Both the position numbers and the translations under genes were made by a program. A stretch of 64,000 nt of DNA from an uncultured Acidimicrobiaceae bacterium. GTDB lineage: Bacteria > Actinomycetota > Acidimicrobiia > Acidimicrobiales > RAAP-2. Shown piece after piece: positions 48,600-59,593 of this stretch; the stretch's first letter is position 1; every line of letters starts with the position of its first letter. The stretch is taken from contig CAWEFL010000003.1 in assembly GCA_963808355.1 (NCBI GenBank), positions 112,153 through 176,152 on the forward strand, written 5' to 3'. The notes under the pieces were generated by a model, which was given only the letters and a program-made list of their open reading frames with translations, searched no databases and had not been told where the DNA came from.

Positions 48600-49260
48600 G
48601 GAGCTGATCCCCGACCATTTCGCCTGGCGGTGACACCTTCTGCCACATGGACGCCGGAGCAGACGCTTCACTACGTCGAGGCCCAGCAACGGGTGAGTGA
48701 CCTGACAGGCCATCCCCTCGCCGAAACGTGCAGCTGGGGTACACATTGCCCAGTTGGGCGCCCGCGGACCGGCTGTTCGTCGAGGGCTATTGCGACAGTG
48801 TCTATATCTCGGACGGCGAGGCAACGCCGACCAGTCACTATAATTCGTCTTCGGAGGCGGCGGCTGGCTGCTCGTCGAGAGCGGCCCTCATGGGTCTCTG
48901 TGCCCGTTGCTGGTCGACGAAGCAAGGCTGACGCCGGTACTCCGGACCTCCCTCGTCCGGGCCGATGCGGCGTTCTTGCACTGATGGGGATGTATGGCCA
49001 AGCCGTCTACGCCACCACCACCCAAAAAGGGCCATTCTGGCCGAGCCAAACTCTCAGGTGGTCGCCCTCAGGCAGTTCGACGTCTCCCTCGAGCACGTCG
49101 TGAACGTTGGACTGCCGGGCCCTCATGCCCGCACCCTTACCGCCAAGCTGCTGACTGACACCGGTTCGGTCTGGGCGCTCTCGCGAAGACCGCCAGCCAG
49201 AATCACCAGAGTGAGACGGCGGCCGGCTCGACCCGAGACGTGGTCTTGCGATGGGGCCGG
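48600..49260 (+). pseudogene. degraded ORF of unknown family inside the island
   Basis: Two same-frame stretches have strong G/C third-position bias (LGYTLPSWAPADRLFVEGYCDSVYISDGE...; AILAEPNSQVVALRQFDVSLEHVVNVGLPG...). They are separated by TGA at 48929-48931. No family recognised and the limits are approximate. Confidence 0.2.
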
Positions 49261-49456
49261 ATGACGTCCGACTACACGTCGCTGCTACACGAGCCTTGTC
49301 GCGCCCGCGACCGGTTGAGCCCGGGAACGGGAGGATCTGAGTCGCAGGGCTCAGCGGGCGGCACGGAGGGCGTCGACAGCCATGTGGTGATCCTGTTTAC
49401 CGGGCGGGCAACGGTGCTCCTGACCACATCGGCTCGGGGCCAGGCCACCGCTGCGA

Positions 49457-50759
49457 TCACGCAGTCCACATCCTGTGAAACCACTGGAATAGGGCCACTA
49501 GCCCGATCGCGGCGAGAACGGCGATGGACGGCTCCGCGGCTACCCGGAAGCGGGTGTCGCCGTAGGTGACAGCCACGGTGAGCGCGACAGCCACAATCGG
49601 CGCCAAGAGAATCAGCGGTTTTCGCCACGACCGGGTCACGAGTACGACGATGCCTCCAACAGCACAGGGCACGAGCACCCAGTACACGACACCAATCTTT
49701 CCCAGGCGGCGCTGCGCCCACCGTAGACGGCAGGTCCTGTTGAAAGCCCTGTCCGGTCAGGGCCCACGTCGAGACTTCCCGGGAGAGGACGACCCTTGGC
49801 AACTGCCCGAGGTGGGTGCGAGCGAAGTGCTCCGCATCGTGCGTGAGGTGGTGGTCGATCTGGACCTCGTTCCATCGTCGCGCTCCGTCGGGAGGCTTGA
49901 CATACTTGAAGTAGAACTCCTCTGCGGCGTCCGCATCCACACCGGCGAAGTTGCCGAAGTAGCCTGTATGAGGGTCGAAGCATTGCTGACAGTACGAGCC
50001 CGCAAGGGTGAGACCAGTCTGCGTCGAGAGCGAGGCGGTCCCGAGTTGGATCTCATTGCGGACGATCCAAGGCACCAGGAGGGTCGCTGCACCGATCAAC
50101 GTTGCAGCCGCGAGTCGCGCTCTTGCCTTCAGGCCGCTGTTGCTCATCAGCAGTACGGGGAGTCCAAGAAGGATTAACAAGATGACCGCCTCGCTCCTGA
50201 TCAGCGTCGCGATCCCGATCGTCAATCCCATTGTCACGAAGCGCCAGAACGTGGCTCGTTCCGTGGCCCGCATGGCGGCGAGTAATACAAGAGGTATGGC
50301 CACCAAGTAGATGGTCTCGCTCATGAGGCTCCCGATGGTTTGCAGCCACAAGGGATGAAGCGCTGCGATGGCGGCCGCCACGACTCCAACCATCGGGTCC
50401 AGAGCACGGCGGCCCACCAAACCCATAACGACGACAGCCGACGAAGTGACCACGGCAAGAGCGACACGTTGCGCAGCCACCGACTGGATCCCCCCGAGGT
50501 CCAACATTGCGAGAAGTAACGAAAAAAACGGTGGGTGCGCTGCTGTCGCAACTGCTTTCGTCGGGTCGGTGGGGAAAGGATAGGCATAGCCCCTTCCCGC
50601 AATCAGATTGCTCGCGGTCGACCGGAAAAACACAGCATCATTCGCGACGCGCTGGAAATGCGCCAGAGTGACGAAAAGGATACGAACGATCAATCCGATG
50701 ATTGTCAACGTGATCAGCAGTGGCCAGAACCAGGTTGACGAGCTCCGCGCGACTTCCAT
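49457..50759 (-). pseudogene. GT-C family glycosyltransferase (ArnT/PMT_2-like), one frameshift
   Basis: ATG 50759. MEVARSSSTWFWPLLITLTIIGLIVRILFV...DAVFFRSTASNLIAGRGYAY...HPPFFSLLLA... is typical of dolichyl/undecaprenyl-phosphate-sugar-dependent transferases. The last two TM spans (RRLGKIGVVYWVLVPCAVGGIVVLV...) are in another frame (switch near 49720). Confidence 0.7.
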
Positions 50760-51410
50760 CTCCCTCTGTCCCGTTTGGACTCTCGGCTCAACTGCCGTCG
50801 ACTTGTTGACGACCACGACCTGGACCTTTTCAACGCCCGCTTGCAAGGCGCACGCTACCGACCTAAGCGGCTACGGGCCAGCAAAACTTGGGGCTACGTG
50901 GCCGGCCTGAGCGTGCGACAGGACTACTCGCCCAAGATCGCGTTGGGGCGACCCCCCACCGGTAAGGGCCGGGCCACATCTGCTGAACCGAGGGCCCGGA
51001 CGTCGGGGCGATCATGCCGACCTTGAGGAATCGATCTGCGCTGCCAGCGCCCTGAGCTGCGCGCCAGCGGCTCGCAGTGCGCCCGCCACTCGGCCCAGTT
51101 CGGCTTTGCTCACACCATGCGCAGCAGTGCGAACGTCGGTCTGGGCGAACAATAGCGCGCGCAGCGGCGTTATTGATGGCGGCGACCTCGGCGGCGAGGT
51201 TGAACGGGTCGGTTCGGCCCTTCGCTTCTTCCGCCACTCGGCACTCTTTTCCGCGATTGGCGGCGGCGCTAGCCCGCGCCGAGCGTGGGGTAAGACGTTT
51301 GTCATCTGCGGCGCATCCCCGCTGATGTGCCCCGTTGGCGATTTCGGGGTCCGGTAAACTGTCATGTGACGTGCGAAAACGTTGCAGATTTCCCGACTCC
51401 ACATCGATCA

Positions 51411-51446
51411 ATGAGTCCTCTGCTCTGATCACTGAGCTGCAGCCCC
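51411..51446. repeat. right copy of 36-nt direct repeat (orphan 5-prime half of tRNA-Met)
   Basis: ATGAGTCCTCTGCTCTGATCACTGAGCTGCAGCCCC has two mismatches to 45070-45105. Beyond the anticodon there is no complementary anticodon-stem strand and no T arm. Confidence 0.85.
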
Positions 51447-51453
51447 GCACGCG

Positions 51454-51481
51454 ATCTTACCGAGGCCGGGTTTTGGGCCAA
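51454..51481 (-). promoter_or_regulatory. candidate original tRNA-Met promoter left upstream of the orphan 5-prime half
   Basis: Minus strand: TTGGCC (51481-51476), 16-nt spacer, TAAGAT (51459-51454), then 7 nt to G1 of the orphan half. Confidence 0.4.
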
Positions 51482-51661
51482 CGTGGCTCTGGACGTGGGC
51501 ATGCGGTCCCCGAGCAGGCCGGTTTTGGCAACATACCTGCGTGCCCGGGCTGACGACCGAGCCGTCCGACCGAGCCGGAGAACGAGCAGCTGACCGAGTC
51601 AACAGCGCCAAACGATCCACCCCGGCGTGACATCGCCTGGTACGGGCCGTGGCTCGTCGTC

Positions 51662-53884
51662 GTGCTGGCGGCCGCGTGGGGACTGTGGACGCTGCGCCCC
51701 GAGCTGCGGGCGGTGCCGTATCTCGATGACAGCTCCATCCACCAGCAGATGGTGCGCTTCGCGGCGACGCGCTGGTCGCAGGGGCACCTGCCGCTGACGA
51801 GCTGGTTCCCCTACCTCGGTCTCGGCTCGCCCCAATTCCTCCACTACCAGTCGCTGCCCTCTATGACCGCCGGCGTCTTCGGCACGTTCATCGACCCTGA
51901 CACGGTGTTCCGTTGGTCGCTGTACCTTCTGCTCGCGCTGTGGCCGCTCACCGTGTACTGGTGCGCCCGGCTCTTCGGGCTGTGCCGCTGGACGGCGGCG
52001 GCGGCTGCGGCCATCTCACCGTTCCTCGCTTCGGTGCCCGGCATCGGGTACGAGACCGAGGCGTACGTCTGGCGCGGCTACGGCGTGTGGACACAGCTCT
52101 GGGCATCGTGGACGCTGCCACTGGCGTGGGGCTTCTCCTACAGGGCCCTGACCTCGGTACGGCGGCGGGCGCTACTGGCGGCGGTCCTCTTCATCATGCT
52201 CACCGTCGGTCTGCACTTCGAGACGGGGTATCTCGCGTTCGTTCCTTTGGTGGTGTGGCCGTTCATGGTGCCGTCGGACCTGTGGCGCCGGCTCGGCCGC
52301 GCCGTGCTGGTCGGTGGCCTGGCGCTGCTCGCGTCGGCCTGGGTGATCGTGCCGTTGTTGGCGCAGTCGCACTGGGCGGCACGCAACCAGATCCTCCAAA
52401 GCACCGGCCTCGAGAACGGCTACGGCGCGCGCCAGGTCCTGATTTGGCTGTTCACCGGACGGCTCCTCGACAACGGCCACTCGTTCCTCTCCGTGCCGTT
52501 CCCCGTCATCACGATCCTGCTGGGCGTCGGGATCGTGGCGTGCATCGTATGGTGGCGGACGTTCGCCGCGGGACGTGCGCTTGTCGCCATCTTCGTCGTC
52601 ACGCTGCTCATGACGTTCGGGCGCACCACCTTCGGCGGCCTGTATTCCATCCTCCCGGGAAGCAGCGACGTCTTCATCCGGCGCTTCGAAATGGGCGTGC
52701 AGCTCTCGGGACTGCTGTTGGCGGGGATCGGGATCGTGGGGTTGGGCCGGCTGGCGCTCGGTGCGCTGCGGTCGGTCTTGTCCGAGCAGAGACGGCGAAG
52801 CCTCGGCAAGCCGGCCGGGCGGGTCCTGGTCGCTGCGCTCAGTGTCGTCGCGCTCATTGCGGTGCTGGCCCCCGCCTGGATCTTCCTGCGCGCCTACGAC
52901 TCGCAGAACGGCACCAACGTGTCGCTGCAGGCCCAGGCCGACAGCCAGGAGTCACCGCAACTCGACCGTCTGTTGGACTACGTCAAGGCGCACCCCAAAG
53001 GCCGCGTGTACGCGGGCTCTCCGACCAACTGGGGCACGGACTTCACCGTGGGCGACGTCCCGGTGTTCAAGTACCTCGAGAGCCAGGACATCGACGAGGT
53101 GGGCTACACGCTCCGGACCGCCTCGCTCATGACCGACCCCGAATACTTCTTCGACGAGTACAACCCGGGCGACTACCCGCTCTTCGGCATCGGCTACCTG
53201 ATCGTGCCGGAGGGCATGGCACCGCGGGTGCCGGCCGACCGGATCGAGTGCCAGGGGCAATACTGCCTGTACGCGCTCCCCGACCCCGGCTACGTCCACG
53301 TGTACGACACGGTGGGGACTCTGACCGCGACACGGGCCGACGTCGGCACGCAGAGCGAGACCCTATTGGCGTCACCGGAGCTGTCCGCCCACCGCGACGA
53401 GACGGTCGCTTTCAACGGAGGTGCGGCCGCACCTGGGACGGCGTCAGACGCGGCGTCACTCCGCGGACCACCGGGCCACGTCGTCGGCGAAGATGCCGAC
53501 CTCGCGTCCGGACAGGTTCACGCCGCCGTCAAGACGAACCGCACCGCGACGGTCGTCCTCAGCGCCTCCTACGACCCGGGCTGGACGGCGACCGTGGACG
53601 GGCAGCCCCGGCCCACCGTCATGGTCGCCCCGGCGCTGGTGGGCGTCGTCGTCGGTCCGGGCGTGCACGAGGTGTCATTCCAGTACGTCGGGTACAGCGG
53701 GTACCCGGCGCTGTTCGCGCTCGCCCTCCTGGTGTTCGTCGGGATCGCGGCGGGGCCGCCGTTGTGGCGGCGGGTGCGATCGGCGCGGCGGTGGCGGGTG
53801 CCGGGGAGCCGGGGCCGACCCGGCCCGCTCGGACATCCCACCGGACCCGAACTGGTTGAGGCAGGCGCCACCGGGGAAGAATGA
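51662..53884 (+). CDS. YfhO-like polytopic membrane glycosyltransferase (GT-C fold)
   Basis: Intact 740 aa with many TM spans. The first loop is VPYLDDSSIHQQM. The C-terminal pattern ...VVLSASYDPGWTATVDGQPRPTVMVAPALVGVVVGPGVHEVSFQY, followed by a final TM span, is typical of YfhO-family ends. GTG 51662 is the first canonical start. Confidence 0.65.
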   Translation: MLAAAWGLWTLRPELRAVPYLDDSSIHQQMVRFAATRWSQGHLPLTSWFPYLGLGSPQFLHYQSLPSMTAGVFGTFIDPDTVFRWSLYLLLALWPLTVYWCARLFGLCRWTAAAAAAISPFLASVPGIGYETEAYVWRGYGVWTQLWASWTLPLAWGFSYRALTSVRRRALLAAVLFIMLTVGLHFETGYLAFVPLVVWPFMVPSDLWRRLGRAVLVGGLALLASAWVIVPLLAQSHWAARNQILQSTGLENGYGARQVLIWLFTGRLLDNGHSFLSVPFPVITILLGVGIVACIVWWRTFAAGRALVAIFVVTLLMTFGRTTFGGLYSILPGSSDVFIRRFEMGVQLSGLLLAGIGIVGLGRLALGALRSVLSEQRRRSLGKPAGRVLVAALSVVALIAVLAPAWIFLRAYDSQNGTNVSLQAQADSQESPQLDRLLDYVKAHPKGRVYAGSPTNWGTDFTVGDVPVFKYLESQDIDEVGYTLRTASLMTDPEYFFDEYNPGDYPLFGIGYLIVPEGMAPRVPADRIECQGQYCLYALPDPGYVHVYDTVGTLTATRADVGTQSETLLASPELSAHRDETVAFNGGAAAPGTASDAASLRGPPGHVVGEDADLASGQVHAAVKTNRTATVVLSASYDPGWTATVDGQPRPTVMVAPALVGVVVGPGVHEVSFQYVGYSGYPALFALALLVFVGIAAGPPLWRRVRSARRWRVPGSRGRPGPLGHPTGPELVEAGATGEE

Positions 53885-53920
53885 CGGCACCATGCCCGCG
53901 CCACCGTCCTCGCCGTCCTC

Positions 53921-53956
53921 GCAGCGGTGCGCAGCGGTGGCAGCGGTGGCAGCGGG
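53921..53956. repeat. 9-nt tandem repeat GCAGCGGTG, about 3.8 units with one inserted C
   Basis: Read directly. It encodes the (SGG)n N-terminus of the next ORF and contains its annotated GTG. Confidence 0.7.
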
Positions 53957-54388
53957 AAAGGCACTCCTGACCCGGCGGCCGTGGTCCTGGCGTTCCTGCG
54001 TGCGCTGACGGAGTTCGACCTCGATGAGGCACTCGACCTCGTGACCGAGGACCTCGAGTACGTCAACGTGTCCCTGCCGACCATCCGTGGCCGGCGCGGC
54101 CTCGACCGAGCGTTCCGTCCCTTGCTGCGCCCGGACCGCTTCGGGTTCAACGTCCACCTGAATCACGTCGCCACAGAGGGCTCGGTCGTACTCACCGATC
54201 GCATCGACGAGATCAACTTCCGCCGCTTCGCCAGCCGGTTCTGGGTCTACGGGCGCTGGGTGGTGCGTGACGGCCAGATCGCGGTCTGGCGGGACTCCTT
54301 CGATTGGCTCGACGTCACCGTGGCGAACGTCCGGGGGGTCCTCGGGCTGCTGTCGCCGAGCTTGAACCGAACCATGCCAGACGGCTGA
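53927..54388 (+). CDS. limonene-1,2-epoxide hydrolase-like / SnoaL-fold protein
   Basis: ...AAVVLAFLRALTEFDLDEALDLVTEDLEYVNVSLPTIRGRRGLDRAF...VWRDSFDW. The true start may be downstream of the repeat. Confidence 0.65.
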   Translation: MRSGGSGGSGKGTPDPAAVVLAFLRALTEFDLDEALDLVTEDLEYVNVSLPTIRGRRGLDRAFRPLLRPDRFGFNVHLNHVATEGSVVLTDRIDEINFRRFASRFWVYGRWVVRDGQIAVWRDSFDWLDVTVANVRGVLGLLSPSLNRTMPDG

Positions 54389-54420
54389 GGCATGGGCCTG
54401 GTACTGGTGCGTGACCCCGC

Positions 54421-54663
54421 CTACTGCAGGTACTTCTCCACCGTGTCGGCTGAACGGATCTCCGCCGAGTCTGGGTCCTGGCCGGCGTTGCGCTTTGCCC
54501 GGCGCTGGCGGAGCATGTCCCACAGCTGGTCGAGCATCACCTCGAGCTCGTACTTGCGCGCCCGCTCAACATCGCTCAGGCCCTCGCCGACATGCGCCTC
54601 CTCCAGGCGCTGCTCCTCCACGGCCAGCGCATCGATCCGAGCCACGATCTCCTTGTCGTCCAT
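54421..54663 (-). CDS. DUF2630 family protein
   Basis: 80 aa. IVARIDALAVEEQRLEE...LDQLWDMLRQRRAKRNAGQDPDSAEIRSADTVEKYLQ matches the family pattern. Confidence 0.75.
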   Translation of the reverse strand: MDDKEIVARIDALAVEEQRLEEAHVGEGLSDVERARKYELEVMLDQLWDMLRQRRAKRNAGQDPDSAEIRSADTVEKYLQ

Positions 54664-54681
54664 GGGGCCAGTCTTGCCCGC

Positions 54682-57117
54682 TCAGGCGGCGGTGACCAAC
54701 GGCTCGCCGAGCGTCTCCCCCACCGCCTCGGCGCCCGCCCCGCTCAGAGCTGGGGCGAGCACGTCGGCGATGGTGGCGGCCAGGTGGAACGTCATCACGT
54801 CACGGACCTCCGCAGGCACGTCCTCCAAATCGGGACCGTTGCGCTCCGGCAGGACGACCTCGGTCAATCCCGCCCGGTGGGCGGCCAGCACCTTCTGCTT
54901 CACGCCGCCGATCGGCAGCACCCGGCCCTGCAGGGTGACCTCACCGGTCATCCCCACCACCGGGCGCACCGGCACTCCCCGCAACAGGCTGACCAGCGCC
55001 GTGGTCATGGTCACGCCGGCCGACGGGCCGTCCTTTGGCACGGCCCCCGCAGGGACGTGGACGTGGAAGCGCTTCCCGGCGAAGGCATCCGGCGCAATCC
55101 CGAGCTCGTCCGCGTGCGAGCGCACATAGGACAGCGCGATCTCCGCGGACTCCTTCATGACGTCGCCCAGCTGGCCGGTCAAGGTCAGGCCCTCGGGCCC
55201 GTCCGACACCGAGGCCTCGACGAAGAGGACGTCTCCGCCCGCACCGGTCACGGCCAGCCCCGTGACGACGCCGGGTACGGACACACGGTCGGCTGCCTCG
55301 AAGAAGAAGTGCGGCCGGCCCAGCCAACCACGCACGTCATCCTGCTCGACGACGACAGGAGCGACCGCCTCACCGGAGGCGAGCTTCGTCGCCACCTTGC
55401 GCAAGAGCTTGCCGAGCTCCCGCTCCAGGTTCCGGACCCCGGCCTCCCGGGTGTAGTCGGCCACGATCGCCCGCAAGGCCTCGTCGGACACCGTCACCTC
55501 GTCCTCCCGCAGCGCCGCGCGCCCAAGCTGGCGCCGCACCAGGTGGTGCCGAGCAATGGCCACCTTCTCCGACTCGGTGTAGCCGTCAATGCGGATGACT
55601 TCCATCCTGTCCAATAGCGGCCCGGGAATCGTCTCACTCACGTTCGCCGTCGCGATGAACAACACACGCGACAGGTCGAGGTCCACCTCCAGATAGTGGT
55701 CACGGAATGTGTGGTTCTGCGCCGGGTCGAGCACCTCGAGCAACGCCGAAGACGGGTCGCCGCGGTAGTCGGCGCCGATCTTGTCGACCTCGTCGAGCAC
55801 GATGACCGGGTTCATCGTCCCGGCCTCCCGCAGCGCGCGCACCAACCGACCGGGCTGGGCGCCGACGTATGTCCGGCGGTGCCCACGGATCTCGGCCTCG
55901 TCGCGCACGCCACCCAACGACACCCGGACGAATTTCCGGCCCAACGCACGGGCCACGGACTCGCCGAGCGACGTCTTCCCGACACCCGGAGGCCCCACCA
56001 ACGCGAGGATCGCCCCGGAGCCGCGCCCGTCGACCGGCGCAAGTCCGCGCTCGGCCTGCAGCTTGCGCACGGCCAGGTGCTCGAGGATGCGCTCCTTCAC
56101 GTCCTCCAACCCGTCGTGGTCGGCCTCCAGGATCGAAGAGGCCTCGGCGATGTCGAGCCGGTCCTCAGACTCGACGCCCCACGGGACGTCGAGCACCGTG
56201 TCGAGCCACGTGCGGATCCACCCCTGCTCGGGGTTCTGCTCGCTCGTTCGCTCGAGCTTGTCGACCTCGCGTTCGACCGACTTGCGGACGTCGTCGGGCA
56301 GGTCGAGCTTCTCGACCTTGGCTCTGTAGTCGTCGGGGTCCCCCTCGCCGTCTTCGCCCTCTCCGCCGAGCTGGCGCAACTCCTTGCGGATGGCATCGAG
56401 CTGGCGCCGCAGCAGGAACTCGCGCTGGGTCTTCTCCATGCCCTCTTCGACGTCGGTCTTGATGCGCTCGCGCAGAGTCACGTCGGCCAGCGTGTCGCGG
56501 GCCCACCCCAACACGAGGCGCAGGCGCTGCTCGACGTCGAGCGTCTCGAGCACCTGGACCTTCTGCTCCAGAGAGAGGTCGGGCGAGTAGCCCGACACGT
56601 CGGCCAGGCGACTCGGGTCGGTGATCTGGCGCAACTCGGACGCGATCCGACCTGCGCCGCGGCTGTGCAGGATGTTTTCGAGCACCGCCCGGTACTCGCG
56701 TGCGACTTCGGAGGCGGCCGGGGTCGGCTCCTCTTCGGCGATGGGCTCCGCCTCCACCCACAGCGCGTCTCCCGTGCCGGGCACGCCCGTGCCGATGACG
56801 GCGCGCTGGTCGCCCCGGATGGCCACGGCGGACAGGCCGCCGGGCAGGTCGCCCTCCTCCATCACCTCGGCCACCACGCCCACGGTGGCAAAGCGCCCCT
56901 CGATGTGGGGCACGAGCAACAGCCGGCCCCCGGCCGAGCGAGCCGCCTCGACCGCGGCCCGGGCCTCGTCGGACTCGAGGGCCATGGTGAAGACCATCCC
57001 GGGCAGCACCACTCCGGACTTGAGGGGGAGCAATGGGAGTGTCAAGTTCTCGTTCGTCATCGGGTGTCCTCTTGTCAGTGCCGCATGTAATTCCGTAAGC
57101 GACAGATCCTCTGACAC
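54682..57117 (-). CDS. lon: ATP-dependent Lon protease (endopeptidase La)
   Basis: Intact. LON N-domain ([16 protein letters not shown]), Walker [12 protein letters not shown], catalytic [11 protein letters not shown]. The start could be the internal ATG at 57060. Confidence 0.92.
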   Translation of the reverse strand: MSEDLSLTELHAALTRGHPMTNENLTLPLLPLKSGVVLPGMVFTMALESDEARAAVEAARSAGGRLLLVPHIEGRFATVGVVAEVMEEGDLPGGLSAVAIRGDQRAVIGTGVPGTGDALWVEAEPIAEEEPTPAASEVAREYRAVLENILHSRGAGRIASELRQITDPSRLADVSGYSPDLSLEQKVQVLETLDVEQRLRLVLGWARDTLADVTLRERIKTDVEEGMEKTQREFLLRRQLDAIRKELRQLGGEGEDGEGDPDDYRAKVEKLDLPDDVRKSVEREVDKLERTSEQNPEQGWIRTWLDTVLDVPWGVESEDRLDIAEASSILEADHDGLEDVKERILEHLAVRKLQAERGLAPVDGRGSGAILALVGPPGVGKTSLGESVARALGRKFVRVSLGGVRDEAEIRGHRRTYVGAQPGRLVRALREAGTMNPVIVLDEVDKIGADYRGDPSSALLEVLDPAQNHTFRDHYLEVDLDLSRVLFIATANVSETIPGPLLDRMEVIRIDGYTESEKVAIARHHLVRRQLGRAALREDEVTVSDEALRAIVADYTREAGVRNLERELGKLLRKVATKLASGEAVAPVVVEQDDVRGWLGRPHFFFEAADRVSVPGVVTGLAVTGAGGDVLFVEASVSDGPEGLTLTGQLGDVMKESAEIALSYVRSHADELGIAPDAFAGKRFHVHVPAGAVPKDGPSAGVTMTTALVSLLRGVPVRPVVGMTGEVTLQGRVLPIGGVKQKVLAAHRAGLTEVVLPERNGPDLEDVPAEVRDVMTFHLAATIADVLAPALSGAGAEAVGETLGEPLVTAA

Positions 57118-57169
57118 GTCAAACGTTCTGGGGGCGGGGCTGATTCCCGGGTGGGCCTACGCTGGCGCT

Positions 57170-57496
57170 ATGGCATCGGCCGACGAACGGGGCGGCCCCG
57201 CGCAGGCGGGCTCGACGACCCTGGCCCCGGCCCGGCCGGCCCCCGACCTCGACGACGGGGACCACGACCGGATGGCCCACATTGTGTTGGAGGGGTTCGC
57301 CCCGAAGGAGGGCGAGCACGCCGGCGAGTACGTGAGCGCCGGCCCCAGCGTGGTCGAGGGCATCGTGAACCGGACGGCGGTGCGGGCGCTGTGCGGCAAG
57401 GAGTGGGTGCCGGGCCGGGACCCTTCCCGCTACGGCCTGTGCCCGACCTGCAAAGAGATCGCCGAGTCCCTGGGCTGGAAGATCCCGGCCCGCTGA
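57170..57496 (+). CDS. DUF3039 family protein
   Basis: ...RMAHIVLEG...[33 protein letters not shown] matches the actinobacterial DUF3039 pattern. Confidence 0.75.
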   Translation: MASADERGGPAQAGSTTLAPARPAPDLDDGDHDRMAHIVLEGFAPKEGEHAGEYVSAGPSVVEGIVNRTAVRALCGKEWVPGRDPSRYGLCPTCKEIAESLGWKIPAR

Positions 57497-57521
57497 GCGT
57501 CGGCCCGAGTACGGTGCGGCG

Positions 57522-58651
<1,130 letters not shown>

Positions 58652-58658
<7 letters not shown>

Positions 58659-58693
58659 GCGCCGACGTCCTGAGCGCCGACGTCGTGAGCGCC
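58652..58693. repeat. 15-nt tandem repeat, 2.8 units (GTCGTGAGCGCCGAC / GTCCTGAGCGCCGAC / GTCGTGAGCGCC)
   Basis: Read directly at the ATPase/permease junction. It encodes [13 protein letters not shown]. Confidence 0.75.
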
Positions 58694-59593
58694 GGGGCCC
58701 GCGCCGGCCTAAAAGCACGGCGCCGCAAGGAGGCGCTCTTGGCCTACGGGCTGCTCGGGCCGGCGCTCGTGCTCTTCGGTGCCTTCGCGTTCTATCCCTT
58801 CTTACGCAACTTCAAGCTGATGCTGTACGAAACGCCGCCGGTGCCAGGCGTGCCGGCGCGCTACGTCGGGCTGAGCCAGATCTGGCCCACCATCTCGTCG
58901 ACCCAATTCACCCAGAGCCTCGTCACCACGTTCCTCTTCGTCCTGATGGTGGTGCCGATCAGCCTGCTGTTGGGCCTGGTACTGGCGGTGGCCGCCCACC
59001 GCCGTCTCAAGGGCATGGGCATCTACCGGATGATCTTCTCGTCCACCGTCGTGAGCTCTGTCGCAGTGGCGTCGGTGGTCTTCGGTACCCTGCTCAACCC
59101 GGTGGTGGGCCTGCTCCCCTGGCTCGGCATCAACCCGAGCCCGCCCGCTCTCGAGAGCACGACGTGGGCCCTGCCCTCGGTAGCCCTCATCACGATCTGG
59201 CAATTCCTCGGGCTGTCCTTCATCATCATGTCGGCGGGCCTGTCGTCGGTGCCCGACGAACTGCTCGAGGCGGCGCAAATCGACGGTGCGGGTGCCTGGA
59301 CACGCTTCTGGCGCATGACGGTGCCGTTGCTGTCGCCGACGATCTTCTTCGCGTTCATCGTGGCCACCATCTACGCCTTCCAGGCCTTCGGCGCAGTCGA
59401 TATCCTCATCGGGCCGAGCAACACGGTACGGCTGCACACCAACGTACTGATCTACAACATCGTCAACACGCTGCAGGTCGAGAACAACCCAGGCGCGGCG
59501 GCGATCATCGCCACCGTCCTGTTCTTGATCATGCTGGGGCTGACCCTGTTGCAGATGCGGCTGCTCGAAAGGCGGGTGAGCTATGCCCGCTGA
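58655..59593 (+). CDS. carbohydrate ABC transporter permease (MalF/UgpA type)
   Basis: ...[28 protein letters not shown]... and an EAA-type loop ([23 protein letters not shown]). The GTG 58655 start is inferred (58685 also possible). Confidence 0.75.

Larger units (their letters stand above)
45070..51446. mobile_element. tRNA-Met-integrated genomic island (about 6.3 kb) bounded by 36-nt direct repeats
   Basis: Direct repeats. A tyrosine integrase starts 31 nt from the tRNA. The cargo is GT-C-like membrane proteins. G+C is visibly lower: sampled 60-nt lines at 48061 and 50521 are 53% and 58%, against 77% at 40021. Confidence 0.7.

Noticed and set aside
51411-51446. Possible second tRNA-Met gene.
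   Set aside because: Only the acceptor 5-prime strand, the D arm and the anticodon-stem 5-prime strand plus CAT are present. The sequence beyond the anticodon cannot form the anticodon stem or a T arm. I treat it as the orphan half left by island insertion.
50863-51450. Minus-strand ORFs at the right end of the island (50863-51450, 51012-51404), considered as an excisionase or regulator.
   Set aside because: The longer ORF starts inside and reads through the tRNA-derived repeat. No helix-turn-helix or Xis-like motif is recognisable, and codon bias is ambiguous. I leave this stretch unannotated.
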